This document shows positions 1 to 9,674 of a DNA stretch of 64,000 bases, piece by piece. The stretch covers positions 5,504,001 to 5,568,000 of the forward strand of contig CBDCTK010000002.1 of NCBI GenBank assembly GCA_965222225.1, written 5' to 3'. The DNA comes from Candidatus Poribacteria bacterium (GTDB lineage: Bacteria; Poribacteria; WGA-4E; JAJDTR01). The notes beneath the pieces are model-generated. The model was not told where the DNA came from, did not search any database, and saw only the letters and a list, made by a program, of their open reading frames with translations. Made by a program: the position numbers and the translations under genes. Position 1 is the first letter of the stretch. Every line of letters begins with the position of its first letter.

Positions 1-1
1 T

Positions 2-1435
2 GTTACGCGCGAACTTGGCAAAATCACTAGAGAAAATAATGGCAAACCTGTCATGGTTGCAGACAAACCTTGGGAACACGCCAATCGCCTCGGTTTCTAT
101 ATGACCGTGCTACGAGATGAGAAACATGACAGATTTAAGATGTGGTACCTCGCCCAACACGGCGGTTGGCAGGATTTCAACGGATTCAACACGAAAATAG
201 GGTCGGCAGACGTAGATATTTCAGGCGTCGGCTATGCGGAGAGCATTGATGGGCTAAGCTGGATAAGACCTCCGCAGGATGTTTTCACATACGACGAGAT
301 TGTACATGAAACTCCCGCTCAACCCGACATGCCGACAAACATCGTGATACGAGCCCAGTCGTTCAGTTGCTTTATTGACCCGACAGTTCTTTGGGGCGCA
401 CCGGATAAATACAAAGCGGCATTCGATAACCCCGTGGATCAAAGACCGGACGGAGGGGATGTCGCCTGTTCGTGTTTGGCGTATTCTCCCGATGGCATTC
501 ACTGGACATATTACAACAAAGGGGAGCGTGTTACCTATCGTGCGGCGGATACGCAGAATCAGATATTGTGGGATCCAATAGGTGAGCGATACCTTCTCGT
601 TACCCGCCACGATCTTGCTGGAGATGGTGGCGAGCAAAAAGAGACGCGCGGCACCCGGGTAATGGCGCACCACAAGGGCAACGACTTAATCAATCATCCA
701 ACGGCGTGGCAGGACCTTCAAATCCTTGCACTTGATGAACGGAAACGACGTCAAATTCATGCCTTGACCGTCTGGCCCTACGAGGGAGTGTATTTCGGTT
801 TTATCGGCGCCTATGAATTTTTGACGGATGATGACTTTAGTAGTACGCCGGGAGACTTGGAAACCCGGCATGAAGAAAACATCGTTAACTTCTATATTAC
901 GACCAGTCGTGATGCTGTTGATTGGGATATGAGTTGGGTTTATGCCTCCGAAGCCCTGATTCCCCGCGGACCTGCCGGTAGTTTCGATAAAGACGGCATC
1001 CACGTCCCCAACCTGATTACTTATAACGACCGTCACTGGCTCTTCTACTGCGGCATGTCGGAACGGTTTGGTCACGACGATCCACAAGGCGTCATGGGGA
1101 TTGGACTTGCAGCGCTGCGGCTTGATGGGTTCGTCTACCTTGAGGCGAAGGAGAAACCGGGAACAGTTGTAACGAAACCGTTTGAGTTGCGCGGGCGTAA
1201 GCTTCAGGTAAATGTCGAGGCCCCGGATGGGGAACTGCGTGTTGAGGTATTAGATGCGAAGGGTAACCCCCGCATAGGGTTTTCCGGCAGCCATGCAGAG
1301 GCGTACACCGGAATTGATGAATTGAGATTTGAAGCGTCGTGGGCGGGACACGACCTGTCAGCATTGGTCGGAGAGATAATACAACTGAAGTTTAGCCTTA
1401 GAAACGCGAGGCTTTACGCGTTTCAGATTCTGTGA
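2..1435 (+). CDS. Five-bladed beta-propeller glycoside hydrolase-like protein (GH32/43/130-like clan) with C-terminal beta-sandwich; 5'-truncated by window edge
   Basis: Frame is open from base 2 (VTRELGKITRENNGKPVM...). Repeated Asp-box-like motifs YAESIDGLSW, AYSPDGIHW, TSRDAVDW; C-terminal LRLDGFV...LYAFQI typical of this hypothetical family. Confidence 0.6.
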   Translation, partial: VTRELGKITRENNGKPVMVADKPWEHANRLGFYMTVLRDEKHDRFKMWYLAQHGGWQDFNGFNTKIGSADVDISGVGYAESIDGLSWIRPPQDVFTYDEIVHETPAQPDMPTNIVIRAQSFSCFIDPTVLWGAPDKYKAAFDNPVDQRPDGGDVACSCLAYSPDGIHWTYYNKGERVTYRAADTQNQILWDPIGERYLLVTRHDLAGDGGEQKETRGTRVMAHHKGNDLINHPTAWQDLQILALDERKRRQIHALTVWPYEGVYFGFIGAYEFLTDDDFSSTPGDLETRHEENIVNFYITTSRDAVDWDMSWVYASEALIPRGPAGSFDKDGIHVPNLITYNDRHWLFYCGMSERFGHDDPQGVMGIGLAALRLDGFVYLEAKEKPGTVVTKPFELRGRKLQVNVEAPDGELRVEVLDAKGNPRIGFSGSHAEAYTGIDELRFEASWAGHDLSALVGEIIQLKFSLRNARLYAFQIL

Positions 1436-1566
1436 GACGCATGACTACGCCAATGAGTATCGTGGATGCGCTTAAACAATGTACAACGCTAGTGATGCTC
1501 ACTCCATTGTTAAACTGTTGCTTGGGACTAGGCTGTAGGGTTTCACGCTGTTAGGAGTGTTACAAT

Positions 1567-2544
1567 ATGGTTAATTTCGCAGTTGTCGGCTTGGGCATGG
1601 GGAATAACCGTGCGCGGATGATTAAGAACACGGATGGAGCCGAATTGAAATGTGTTGTCGATCTACAGGCGGACCTTGCAAAAAAAACGGCTGAAAACCT
1701 GGATACCGACTGGGGGACGGATTTAGACGACGTTCTTGGCCGGGCTGACATTGATTGTGTGATGGTGATGACGCCAAGCGGAACCCATGCCGAGATTGGC
1801 ATACGCGTTGCGAAGGCTGGAAAACACGTAATCACTACAAAGCCAATGGATGTAAGCACGCAAGCCTGCGATCAACTCATCGCCGCCTGCAACGAAGCGG
1901 GCGTCAAGCTCGCCGTTGATTATCAAAGCCGCTATGTGGACAACAACTATCGTGTTGCCGAAGCCCTCCGGCGAGGGTGGCTTGGCAGACCGATTTTGGG
2001 AGAGGTGCGTTTCAAATGGTTCCGATCTGACGACTACTTCGAACATAACGGCGGTTGGCGGGGTACCTGGCAGATGGATGGTGGCGGCTCTCTGGCGAAC
2101 CAAGGCGCCCATCTACTTGATGTTATCTCTTGGTTCATGGGCGATTTTGAATCCGCCTACGGCGAGATGGCGATTATGAACCACGACATCGAAACCGAAG
2201 ATATCGGGCTAGCCATCGTACATTTCAAGAATGGCGCAAAAGGAGTCATCGTTGGCACGACGACTTTTCCCACGAATGCCTATTTCAGCGCGGAGGTGCA
2301 CGGTACGGATGGCGGGATTCTGATTGAGGATGTGCTTAACGGCAAGATGCGTGTTTTTGGGGAAGGATTGGAAGAACGGCTTCAGCAAATCAACAACCCG
2401 ATTCATAATATTATCGAAGATTTTGTGAAAGCGGTTGAGGAGGGCGGGAACGTGAGGGTTGATGGCAGAGAAGGTCGTCGCACGGTCGCACTCTTGGAAA
2501 AAATCTATGAGTCCGCTCGAACGGGGAAGACCGTTAGCGCATGA
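1567..2544 (+). CDS. Gfo/Idh/MocA family NAD(P)-dependent oxidoreductase
   Basis: N-terminal AVVGLGMG Rossmann motif, TPSGTH, HVITTKP (EKP-like), WRGTWQMDGGGSLANQGAHLLD; AGGAG RBS upstream. Confidence 0.92.
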   Translation: MVNFAVVGLGMGNNRARMIKNTDGAELKCVVDLQADLAKKTAENLDTDWGTDLDDVLGRADIDCVMVMTPSGTHAEIGIRVAKAGKHVITTKPMDVSTQACDQLIAACNEAGVKLAVDYQSRYVDNNYRVAEALRRGWLGRPILGEVRFKWFRSDDYFEHNGGWRGTWQMDGGGSLANQGAHLLDVISWFMGDFESAYGEMAIMNHDIETEDIGLAIVHFKNGAKGVIVGTTTFPTNAYFSAEVHGTDGGILIEDVLNGKMRVFGEGLEERLQQINNPIHNIIEDFVKAVEEGGNVRVDGREGRRTVALLEKIYESARTGKTVSA

Positions 2545-2733
2545 GGTAACTGCTACAACGCTTTACATGAAGCGCAGCGATTCCGATGGATACTCGGATA
2601 TTGTACATGATTATTTTGCGCAAGGGAGTTCAATTCAAGAGTAATCAATTAGCCAAGCACAAGAAAAGTCGCTCAAAGAGCCGGCGTGGTCTTTTCCCGC
2701 CAAGAGTCGTGTGGGTGACATCGTGAGGTATAC

Positions 2734-3483
2734 ATGAACGAAGAAGAACGCTATCTTTTTGATCTGTGGGGCTATCTGGTTGTGGAAGATGTTTTAAGCA
2801 AAGCGGTGCTTGCGGAGTTAACGCACCTGATTAGCCATCAATACGACGCTGAACCGAATAATGAGGACATCTACAGCCAACGGTTCGGTGGATTTCTCCA
2901 ATTGGAAAGCGATGCGTTTCGGAATCTACTAAATCATCCACGAATTATGCCATATCTCAAGGAACTGATAGGCGATGGTTTTCGGTTGGATCACATCTAT
3001 GGCATCGTAATGCGGAAGGGAAATCTCGGGCTAGACTTGCACAGCGGTGGAACACCGTATAATCCATCGGAGTATTATGTATGCCGAAATGGGCAGATGT
3101 ACAATGGTCTCACGGTTGCCTCGTGGGCGTTAACGGATATGCTCCCCAGACATGGTGGATTCTGTTGTATTCCGGGTAGTCACAAGAGCAATTTTTCATG
3201 TCCACCACAGTTGAAAGCTGTCACGAGTGCCCCTCAATGTATGAAGGGCATACATCAAAAAGCGGGAGATGTGGCAATTTTCACCGAGGCACTGGCCCAC
3301 GGCACGCTGCCATGGGAAGCAGACCATCCCCGGCTTTCGATTCTGGTGAAATACAGCCCGGGCCACGCTTCTTGGTCGCAGAAGCAGTATCCGGATGAAA
3401 TGCGCGCACAAATGAATTCGGAAGCCCAACGGCTCCTATTGGAACCCCCTTATGTCCATGGGCGGAAGCCGGTTGTGAACTAA
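2734..3483 (+). CDS. Phytanoyl-CoA dioxygenase (PhyH)-family Fe(II)/2OG enzyme, HxG variant
   Basis: YLFDLWGYLVVEDVL start, GGFCCIPGSHK, AGDVAIF, distal ALAHGT and R; proximal motif is LHSGG instead of HxD. Confidence 0.85.
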   Translation: MNEEERYLFDLWGYLVVEDVLSKAVLAELTHLISHQYDAEPNNEDIYSQRFGGFLQLESDAFRNLLNHPRIMPYLKELIGDGFRLDHIYGIVMRKGNLGLDLHSGGTPYNPSEYYVCRNGQMYNGLTVASWALTDMLPRHGGFCCIPGSHKSNFSCPPQLKAVTSAPQCMKGIHQKAGDVAIFTEALAHGTLPWEADHPRLSILVKYSPGHASWSQKQYPDEMRAQMNSEAQRLLLEPPYVHGRKPVVN

Positions 3484-3559
3484 GCCGTACGGCAAAACTA
3501 CACGATTATTTTCACAATTCTGACCACAATGAGTCAGGCACATTTGACCTTCAAGGAGA

Positions 3560-4339
3560 TTGAGTACCATGCCCAAGCAACTTACCTGTGAGCAGCTTGA
3601 AGCCTATCACCGAGATGGTTACATTGCCGTCGAAGACCTAGTGTCGTCCAAAGAGGTTGACGAACTCGGTCGACGGCTCCGCGAATATACACATGACGGG
3701 AAACCGATGGGAGAAATCCGAATACAGGTTGAACCGCGTGTTGAAAGAGGGGAACTCAAAGTCGATCATCCGGGCGACGGGATTCGCAAAGTAGGGAACC
3801 TTGTCCAAGGAGACGATCTATACCGCGCCCTCGGCTTGCACGAGAACATAGTCGGCATAATTGAACAGATTTTGGGACCCGACATCAAAATATTCCGTAA
3901 TGATCTGTTGATGAAATCCCCCGAGGTCGGATCGCAGAAGGGCTGGCATCAAGATTCGCCATATTGGTCGATCAAGCCCATGGCGCTGTGTTCCTGCTGG
4001 TTTACCCTTGACGATGCGACGCCCGAGAACGGGTGTTTGGCCGCCCTCCGAGGTTGGCACAAAAAGGGGCCTCTCCCGCACGTCAAAGTCACGGATGATT
4101 TTGTCATTCAGGACGAATACAGGGACTCGTCTGATAGCGTTTTGGCGCCGGTTCGTGCAGGTGGCGGAGTGTTCTTCCATTCGTTACTCCCACACTACAC
4201 AGCGCCAAATCGTTCGAATAAGTGGCGACGCGCAATCGCCCTATCCTATATGTCGGCAAAGTCTCAATACACGAAAGAAGGGGAAAGTCCGGTCTACTTT
4301 CACGTGAAAGGGCAGACATACCCGGGATGCGTGCGCTGA
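3560..4339 (+). CDS. Phytanoyl-CoA dioxygenase (PhyH)-family protein
   Basis: YHRDGYI, WHQDSPYW (HxD), LDDATPENGCL, HSLLPHYTAPNRS..RRA; TTG start after AAGGAG. Confidence 0.92.
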   Translation: MSTMPKQLTCEQLEAYHRDGYIAVEDLVSSKEVDELGRRLREYTHDGKPMGEIRIQVEPRVERGELKVDHPGDGIRKVGNLVQGDDLYRALGLHENIVGIIEQILGPDIKIFRNDLLMKSPEVGSQKGWHQDSPYWSIKPMALCSCWFTLDDATPENGCLAALRGWHKKGPLPHVKVTDDFVIQDEYRDSSDSVLAPVRAGGGVFFHSLLPHYTAPNRSNKWRRAIALSYMSAKSQYTKEGESPVYFHVKGQTYPGCVR

Positions 4340-4370
4340 GTATAACTGACAATAATCTAAGGAGAAAACA

Positions 4371-5471
4371 ATGGCACTGAAGATAACTTGGAAACAGGGA
4401 CCGGCATATCCGGCGTTGGTTAAGGGACCGTCGGCTGGAATCGTAGATGGACGGTTCTTGGTCGCCGGGGGGATGTCTTACCCCTGGCGCGAGGTAGAGT
4501 ACGGATTCTGGCTTGGGATTGACGAAGACACGGAGGCAATGCCGTCGCTTGTTGTTCCCGGCGAGCACATTGAGAGCGCTATTGGCAAATGGCATCCGCT
4601 TCCACATTTGCCGATAGGTCCTGGCTGGACCTCGGGCGCCGCGGTTGCCGGCGGTTTAGCTGTCGTGGGTGGGCGCCGCCGAGCGGTTGGGATGCGCGCC
4701 ATCGCGGATGCTTGGTTTCTGGATGTGAGAGGCGGGGAAACGACCTGGGAACGCCTTCCCGACCGACCCACTCCCGCTATGGTACCGACAACTTTCTCAC
4801 ATGGCGAGTTTCTTTACACCGCTTTCGGCACCGATTGGCAACCCCACGAACATTCGATTGAAGACCCGAACATCTACCGCATGGATGTCGGAAAACGTTC
4901 GGGCTGGGAAGTTCTCACTCAATTTCCCGGCAAACCCAGATGGTTTCCCGGAGTCACTATCTGCAACGGGAAACTGTACGTCATCAGCGGACGCGACCAA
5001 CCCGTGGGTGGAGTCAAGGATGTGCATCCCTATAACGCCCATAGAATAGGAGAGGATGGCACCGCGGTGTATGTAGCCTTTCGGGAAGTGTGGGAATACG
5101 ACCTACAGACAGGAGTATGGCAGGAGTTGCCGCGTCCACCGAGAGCCTTTGCCAGTGAGGCATTTACTGTAGAAAATCGATGGATTGTATTGACCGGCGG
5201 CGATAGTTGGGTAGTCTACCCCGAAGGTGTTTCAGTAGCCATAAAGAGCTATGAGTCGGAGCTTGACTTTTTCTGTTATTCGCACGAATCGTGGGCTTAT
5301 GATACGCAAACCGGCGAGTGGTCAGCACTAGATCCGCTTCCATACGGGGTGTGTTCACACAGGGTTGCGATATCGGGTAATCGCGTTTTCACAGTCGGCA
5401 ACGAGACCGTGGACAAGAAGCGAAGCAACGCATACGGAACAGTATTTGAAGGCACAATCGAAATCTCCTGA
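4371..5471 (+). CDS. Kelch-repeat beta-propeller protein (NanM/mutarotase-like)
   Basis: Repeated hydrophobic-GG...Y/W-D...W..LP units (FLVAGG, LAVVGG, LYVISG, IVLTGG, WEYDLQTGVWQELP, WAYDTQTGEWSAL). Confidence 0.8.
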   Translation: MALKITWKQGPAYPALVKGPSAGIVDGRFLVAGGMSYPWREVEYGFWLGIDEDTEAMPSLVVPGEHIESAIGKWHPLPHLPIGPGWTSGAAVAGGLAVVGGRRRAVGMRAIADAWFLDVRGGETTWERLPDRPTPAMVPTTFSHGEFLYTAFGTDWQPHEHSIEDPNIYRMDVGKRSGWEVLTQFPGKPRWFPGVTICNGKLYVISGRDQPVGGVKDVHPYNAHRIGEDGTAVYVAFREVWEYDLQTGVWQELPRPPRAFASEAFTVENRWIVLTGGDSWVVYPEGVSVAIKSYESELDFFCYSHESWAYDTQTGEWSALDPLPYGVCSHRVAISGNRVFTVGNETVDKKRSNAYGTVFEGTIEIS

Positions 5472-5680
5472 TTTTTAGTTTCCGCAGGAACGAGCGGTTC
5501 TTCAATTAATGGGTTCTAACGTTGATAAGCCAACACAAGCATTGGGATAGGGAACACATACTGTCCCACTGAAGCTAAAAGAGTCATAATGCTGGCAATC
5601 CGAGTATTACCGTTGCCTAGGCTTATCGTATGGAAAATTACTGTTAATCAAGGGTAAATCCGGGAGGAGTGGTTGGCTTT

Positions 5681-6760
5681 ATGAAAACTTATCGAGCAGC
5701 TGTCATCGGTTGCAGCCGAATGGGAGCGTTCATTGACAACGAAGTGACAAGCTACCGCGGAATTAATCGGCCGTATTCGCACGCTGCCGGTTTCTATGCG
5801 GAGGATCGCACAGATCTTGTTGCGTGCGCCGATCTTCGTCCTTCCGTGATGGAAGAATTCGGTAGACGATACGACGTGCCGAAGCAACGACAGTACACCG
5901 ATTATCAAGAGATGATCCATCACGAGAATCTCGATATCGTGGGTGTGGCAACTCAACCTGAACAGCGCGCCGATGTTGTCATCTTTGCGGCGGAGCACGG
6001 TGTTAAGGCAATCTACGCTGAAAAAGCGATGGCAGCGTCAATGGATGAAGCAGACGCCATGGTGGAAGCAGTGGAGCGCAACGGTGTTGCCTTCAACTTG
6101 GGAACGAACAATCGCTGGCACACCGGCTTTGACAAGATGAAGGAGATTATCGACAGCGGCGAGTTGGGACAACTTCGGACGCTGATTGTCTACTCAAACC
6201 AAACTCTGTTTAACAAAGCGAGCCACAATTTTGATTTGCTGCTCCGATTGAACAGCGACTGTCCCGCCGAATGGGTGTCGGCGTATCTCCCGCGAGGCGA
6301 CGAACAGATTGATGGCGACACGGTGCTGGAAGATCCGGTCGGGCAAGGAACAATATATTGTCAGAACGGTGTGATGGCACATGCGCTCCTTGCTCCGTGT
6401 GGCGGATCCGAAGCGATTTGTGAGAAAGGGTGTGTGATGCGCTGGGACAGCCGCGAATGGGAGATTCGACGCTCAACCGATGTCCCGGGCTGGCGTACCT
6501 GCTTAATCTCTGATGCCTTTCCAGAGTTCGAACAAACTAGCACCACTGCCAATCTCATCAGAGACCTGATTCATGCATTGGACAGCGGCAATCCTGCCAC
6601 CAAAGGCGGTGTTCGGTGCGCCTATGCCAGCACAGAACTAATCTTTGCTTTTATGGAATCACATTTACGAAATGGCGAACGGATAAATCTTCCACTGAAG
6701 GGATCCAAGTTGCGTCTGAAGCGAGAACGAGGTCCTAATCAGCCAAGGTTTAAGTCGTAA
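5681..6760 (+). CDS. Gfo/Idh/MocA family oxidoreductase
   Basis: AAVIGCSRMG, YTDYQEMIHHENLDIV, IYAEKAMA motif; ATG at 5681 (alternative GTG 5669). Confidence 0.9.
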   Translation: MKTYRAAVIGCSRMGAFIDNEVTSYRGINRPYSHAAGFYAEDRTDLVACADLRPSVMEEFGRRYDVPKQRQYTDYQEMIHHENLDIVGVATQPEQRADVVIFAAEHGVKAIYAEKAMAASMDEADAMVEAVERNGVAFNLGTNNRWHTGFDKMKEIIDSGELGQLRTLIVYSNQTLFNKASHNFDLLLRLNSDCPAEWVSAYLPRGDEQIDGDTVLEDPVGQGTIYCQNGVMAHALLAPCGGSEAICEKGCVMRWDSREWEIRRSTDVPGWRTCLISDAFPEFEQTSTTANLIRDLIHALDSGNPATKGGVRCAYASTELIFAFMESHLRNGERINLPLKGSKLRLKRERGPNQPRFKS

Positions 6761-6864
6761 ATAAACCTCGTCTTTACCTGCGGCATATCAACCAAGATTC
6801 CAAAGGCTCACATGGCGCGCAAAGAAAGACATTAGACTCCCAGTTACTGAAGGAGATTTTTTGT

Positions 6865-7752
6865 ATGACTACAGACCTGCGGCAGGCTGTGCTGCATTCC
6901 GATTCGCACCTAAGCCGCTTCGACCCTCTTGAACGTATTCTCTTCTACGATGACTTCAACAAAGGAATGCAAGGATGGACTGGGCTAGTTGGTAACTATG
7001 AGGAATCGCTTGATTCTATGTTACCCGAGTATCGGGACATACGCCCGCCAATGCTCAGTAACCTGTCAATGTGGGATAGCGGCACCGTTGGCACCCTCAC
7101 AGGCAACTACGCCTTGAAACTCGCAACACGGCCCCGTCCCGGTTCTTTCAGCGTGGGTATCAAGAGAATGACTTTCCGTCATGCGGGGCCCATTCGTCTT
7201 GAGGCCTATTTTACCTTTAAACCGGAGGCGACAGAGTTGCGTTTGGCAGAGACTGATGTACGCGCGGTTGGTGTCCTGTTTGATTTGCAGGTAAGCGATC
7301 GGACGGTAAGCAACCCACTACGAATTATGCCGCATATTCGCTACTTGAACGCTCTAGATGGCAAAGCGGTGGAACGCTGGCAGTACAAAAAAGACCGTAT
7401 GTCTATGCACGACATCGGCGGTAGCGGCAAAACCCGCTCGCATTTTCACCTGGCGCCAGAGGGGTGGCTGGATTTGCCCGGCGGCAATCAGCGTCTGTGT
7501 TATAACGAGATTGCAACCAAGCACAACTGGTACTACCTGCGCCTGGACTTTGATTTGGAGACAATGTCATATCTGGGCTTTCAATGTAACGATTGCGTCT
7601 TTGATGTCTCCGGGATCGAGCCAATGCTGATACCTGCTATGCCCAATCTGTGGTGCATGTTAAATAGTTTTTTCTGGGTGGAAAGCGACTGCGATAGCCG
7701 CGCCTTTCTCTATTTGGATTCGGTACTATTGTCGGCAGAAATGGAGGAATGA
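6865..7752 (+). CDS. Uncharacterised protein, probably DUF6772 family
   Basis: SRFDPLERILFYDDFNKG..GW and YNEIATKHNWYYLR motifs recalled from this family; AAGGAG RBS; stop overlaps next start (ATGA). Confidence 0.55.
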   Translation: MTTDLRQAVLHSDSHLSRFDPLERILFYDDFNKGMQGWTGLVGNYEESLDSMLPEYRDIRPPMLSNLSMWDSGTVGTLTGNYALKLATRPRPGSFSVGIKRMTFRHAGPIRLEAYFTFKPEATELRLAETDVRAVGVLFDLQVSDRTVSNPLRIMPHIRYLNALDGKAVERWQYKKDRMSMHDIGGSGKTRSHFHLAPEGWLDLPGGNQRLCYNEIATKHNWYYLRLDFDLETMSYLGFQCNDCVFDVSGIEPMLIPAMPNLWCMLNSFFWVESDCDSRAFLYLDSVLLSAEMEE

Positions 7753-8087
7753 TTATGCGACAAAGTGCTACCGCCACTGTGGAATTAAACACCAAATGGC
7801 GTGACACATTTACCGCCGAACCGTTTGAAGTTGCGTGGGCGTCTGAAGCAATCTATTTCATTCGTGCTCTTGAATCGGAGGGAGTTCCCGGAGGAGCTAG
7901 CGCGCACGTCCAGATTTCGCCGGACGGAATACATTGGTGTGACGAAGGTACGCTTGTACCACTACCAGCGGCTCCTGGCACCACCTTTGCGCGGATTACT
8001 CATTTTGGGGGTTGGCTACGTCTAGTAGGAGAAATTCCCAACGGCGCACGTATGAAGGTAATTGTTCACGTCGTTCTGAAATCGTAG
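7749..8087 (+). CDS. Small beta-sandwich protein, probably DUF6385 family
   Basis: EPFEVAWASEAIYF, VQISPDGIHWCDEG, HFGGWLRL; translationally coupled to the upstream gene. Confidence 0.55.
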   Translation: MIMRQSATATVELNTKWRDTFTAEPFEVAWASEAIYFIRALESEGVPGGASAHVQISPDGIHWCDEGTLVPLPAAPGTTFARITHFGGWLRLVGEIPNGARMKVIVHVVLKS

Positions 8088-8242
8088 TTCGGATGCGCCA
8101 ATTCTTGATTTAAGCCGCAAGCATTCGATCTTTGCAGAGTTCGAGTTTTAACGCATAATCTGCGCAATGTTATCCAGCATTCTGCTAGGCAAACACACTC
8201 TACGATTCTCACAATTAGGACTTGAAAACCACGATTTTTTTG

Positions 8243-8272
8243 TTGACAAACTTCCCAAACCTTTGGTAAACT
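8243..8272 (+). promoter_or_regulatory. Sigma70-type promoter of LamG-like copy 1
   Basis: TTGACA-18 bp-TAAACT with TGn extended -10; both boxes conserved in the second copy while the spacer diverges. Confidence 0.75.
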
Positions 8273-8441
8273 ACAAATGTATATGAAGGGTGATGTAATC
8301 CTTCGGTTTGATTTTCAATCATGGGATCACGAATAATCCTAGTGATAAGGAGGATTTGGTTCCGTGAATAGATTAATGAATCAGCTATCGGCTGGTTCCC
8401 TATTTCTAGACAAAACATAGTAATGAAAGGAAAAATGAGTC

Positions 8442-9320
8442 ATGACTAATCTAATGACACAAACAAGCGCCAGGGTGGTTCTGAGCGCGTTGCTTATTCT
8501 CGCATTGGTATCTCCGGTTGCCGTTGCTGAGTTGGTGCTCCACTTTGACGCCAACACGCAGGAGAAAGGGGATGATTCCTGGATGGACAGCGTTAGTGGT
8601 GGAGCAGTGCCTATGGCAGACGACAAGCCCGCGGTTGAAGAGGGCATGATTGATGTCGCAGGGCAGGCATTCAACAGCAAGTACTATACTGCCTCGAAAT
8701 CACGCCAATCGTTCGTTAATACTGACAATGAGCCCACCGACGATATCCCAACAGTTTTTCTTGAAAACTACACTATGGGAATCTTGGTGAGAATTAATGG
8801 GGGTCTCTTGGAACAAGAACATCAGATGTTAGGTATTCAATCTAATGCCCCAGAGGCAAACCAAACCTCGCGTATCTGGGTCAGCAACGGCGACGATGAA
8901 AATCCTGCCGGGAACATTACCAATGTCAACGTTATGCAGCCCGCCATCGGTCTCCGTGAGGACTATGGACTCGCGGACCACGGTCTGAGCTTAGGTGTTG
9001 GCACATGGCGGTTTGTTCATATCGCCTTTGAGAGCGGGATTGCCATTGACTTTTACATTGATGGCGAAAACACCGGGTCGCTCCCCTCCGGCGTAACATG
9101 GGACCCCGATCGTCCGATGAACATTCATGCGCTTTTCTGCCATAGTTTTGGCGAACAGCAACGGACCTTTAACGGCTCCATAGCTTACTACAAGGTGTGG
9201 GACGAATACTTGACCCAAGATCAGATACAGGCTGACATGGGTGGTGGCGCTGGCGGAGGTACCGCAGTCGATCCTGCCGACAAAGTTACGACAACTTGGG
9301 GAAATGTGAAGGCCCAATAA
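8442..9320 (+). CDS. Secreted LamG/concanavalin-like jelly-roll protein with C-terminal TTWGxxK tail (copy 1)
   Basis: Signal peptide ending AVA-E, ELVLHFDA start, WRFVHIAF..FYIDG, FNGSIAYYKVWDEYLTQDQI, then GGGAGGGTAVDPADKVTTTWGNVKAQ. Confidence 0.8.
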   Translation: MTNLMTQTSARVVLSALLILALVSPVAVAELVLHFDANTQEKGDDSWMDSVSGGAVPMADDKPAVEEGMIDVAGQAFNSKYYTASKSRQSFVNTDNEPTDDIPTVFLENYTMGILVRINGGLLEQEHQMLGIQSNAPEANQTSRIWVSNGDDENPAGNITNVNVMQPAIGLREDYGLADHGLSLGVGTWRFVHIAFESGIAIDFYIDGENTGSLPSGVTWDPDRPMNIHALFCHSFGEQQRTFNGSIAYYKVWDEYLTQDQIQADMGGGAGGGTAVDPADKVTTTWGNVKAQ

Positions 9321-9323
9321 TTG

Positions 9324-9461
9324 TCAATACCGACCTTCGGAAGGTTCATTGAAGAGCAAAGATTTGTGAGGTAGTGAGTTGTACGCGCACGGCGCATGAA
9401 TTCATACGTGTGTCGTGCGCATTACCACACCGCACAAAATTTTTGATTGTCAATCAACCTT
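9324..9461 (+). ncRNA. Putative structured RNA / palindromic element, copy 1 (3' of LamG-like gene)
   Basis: Short hairpin (tcaat..acctt-cgg-aaggt..attga) plus a long imperfect rod 9341-9461. The rod's apical 14-bp helix gcgcacggcgcatg/cgtgtgtcgtgcgc uses three G-U pairs on the + strand. Confidence 0.6.
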
Positions 9462-9469
9462 ACGATTTG

Positions 9470-9499
9470 TTGACAAACTTTCAAAGCATTTGGTAAACT
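9470..9499 (+). promoter_or_regulatory. Sigma70-type promoter of LamG-like copy 2
   Basis: TTGACA-18 bp-TAAACT with TGn, homologous to 8243-8272. Confidence 0.75.
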
Positions 9500-9674
9500 A
9501 AAAGGTATCTGAAGGGTGACATAACGCGCGGTTTGATTTTCAATCATGGAATCACGTACAATCCTAATGACAAAGAGGATTTGATTCTGTGAATAGATTA
9601 ATGAATCTACTATCAGTTAGTTGACTTCTGATAGACAAAACCAAGTAATGCAAGTAATGAAAGGAAAATGAGTC

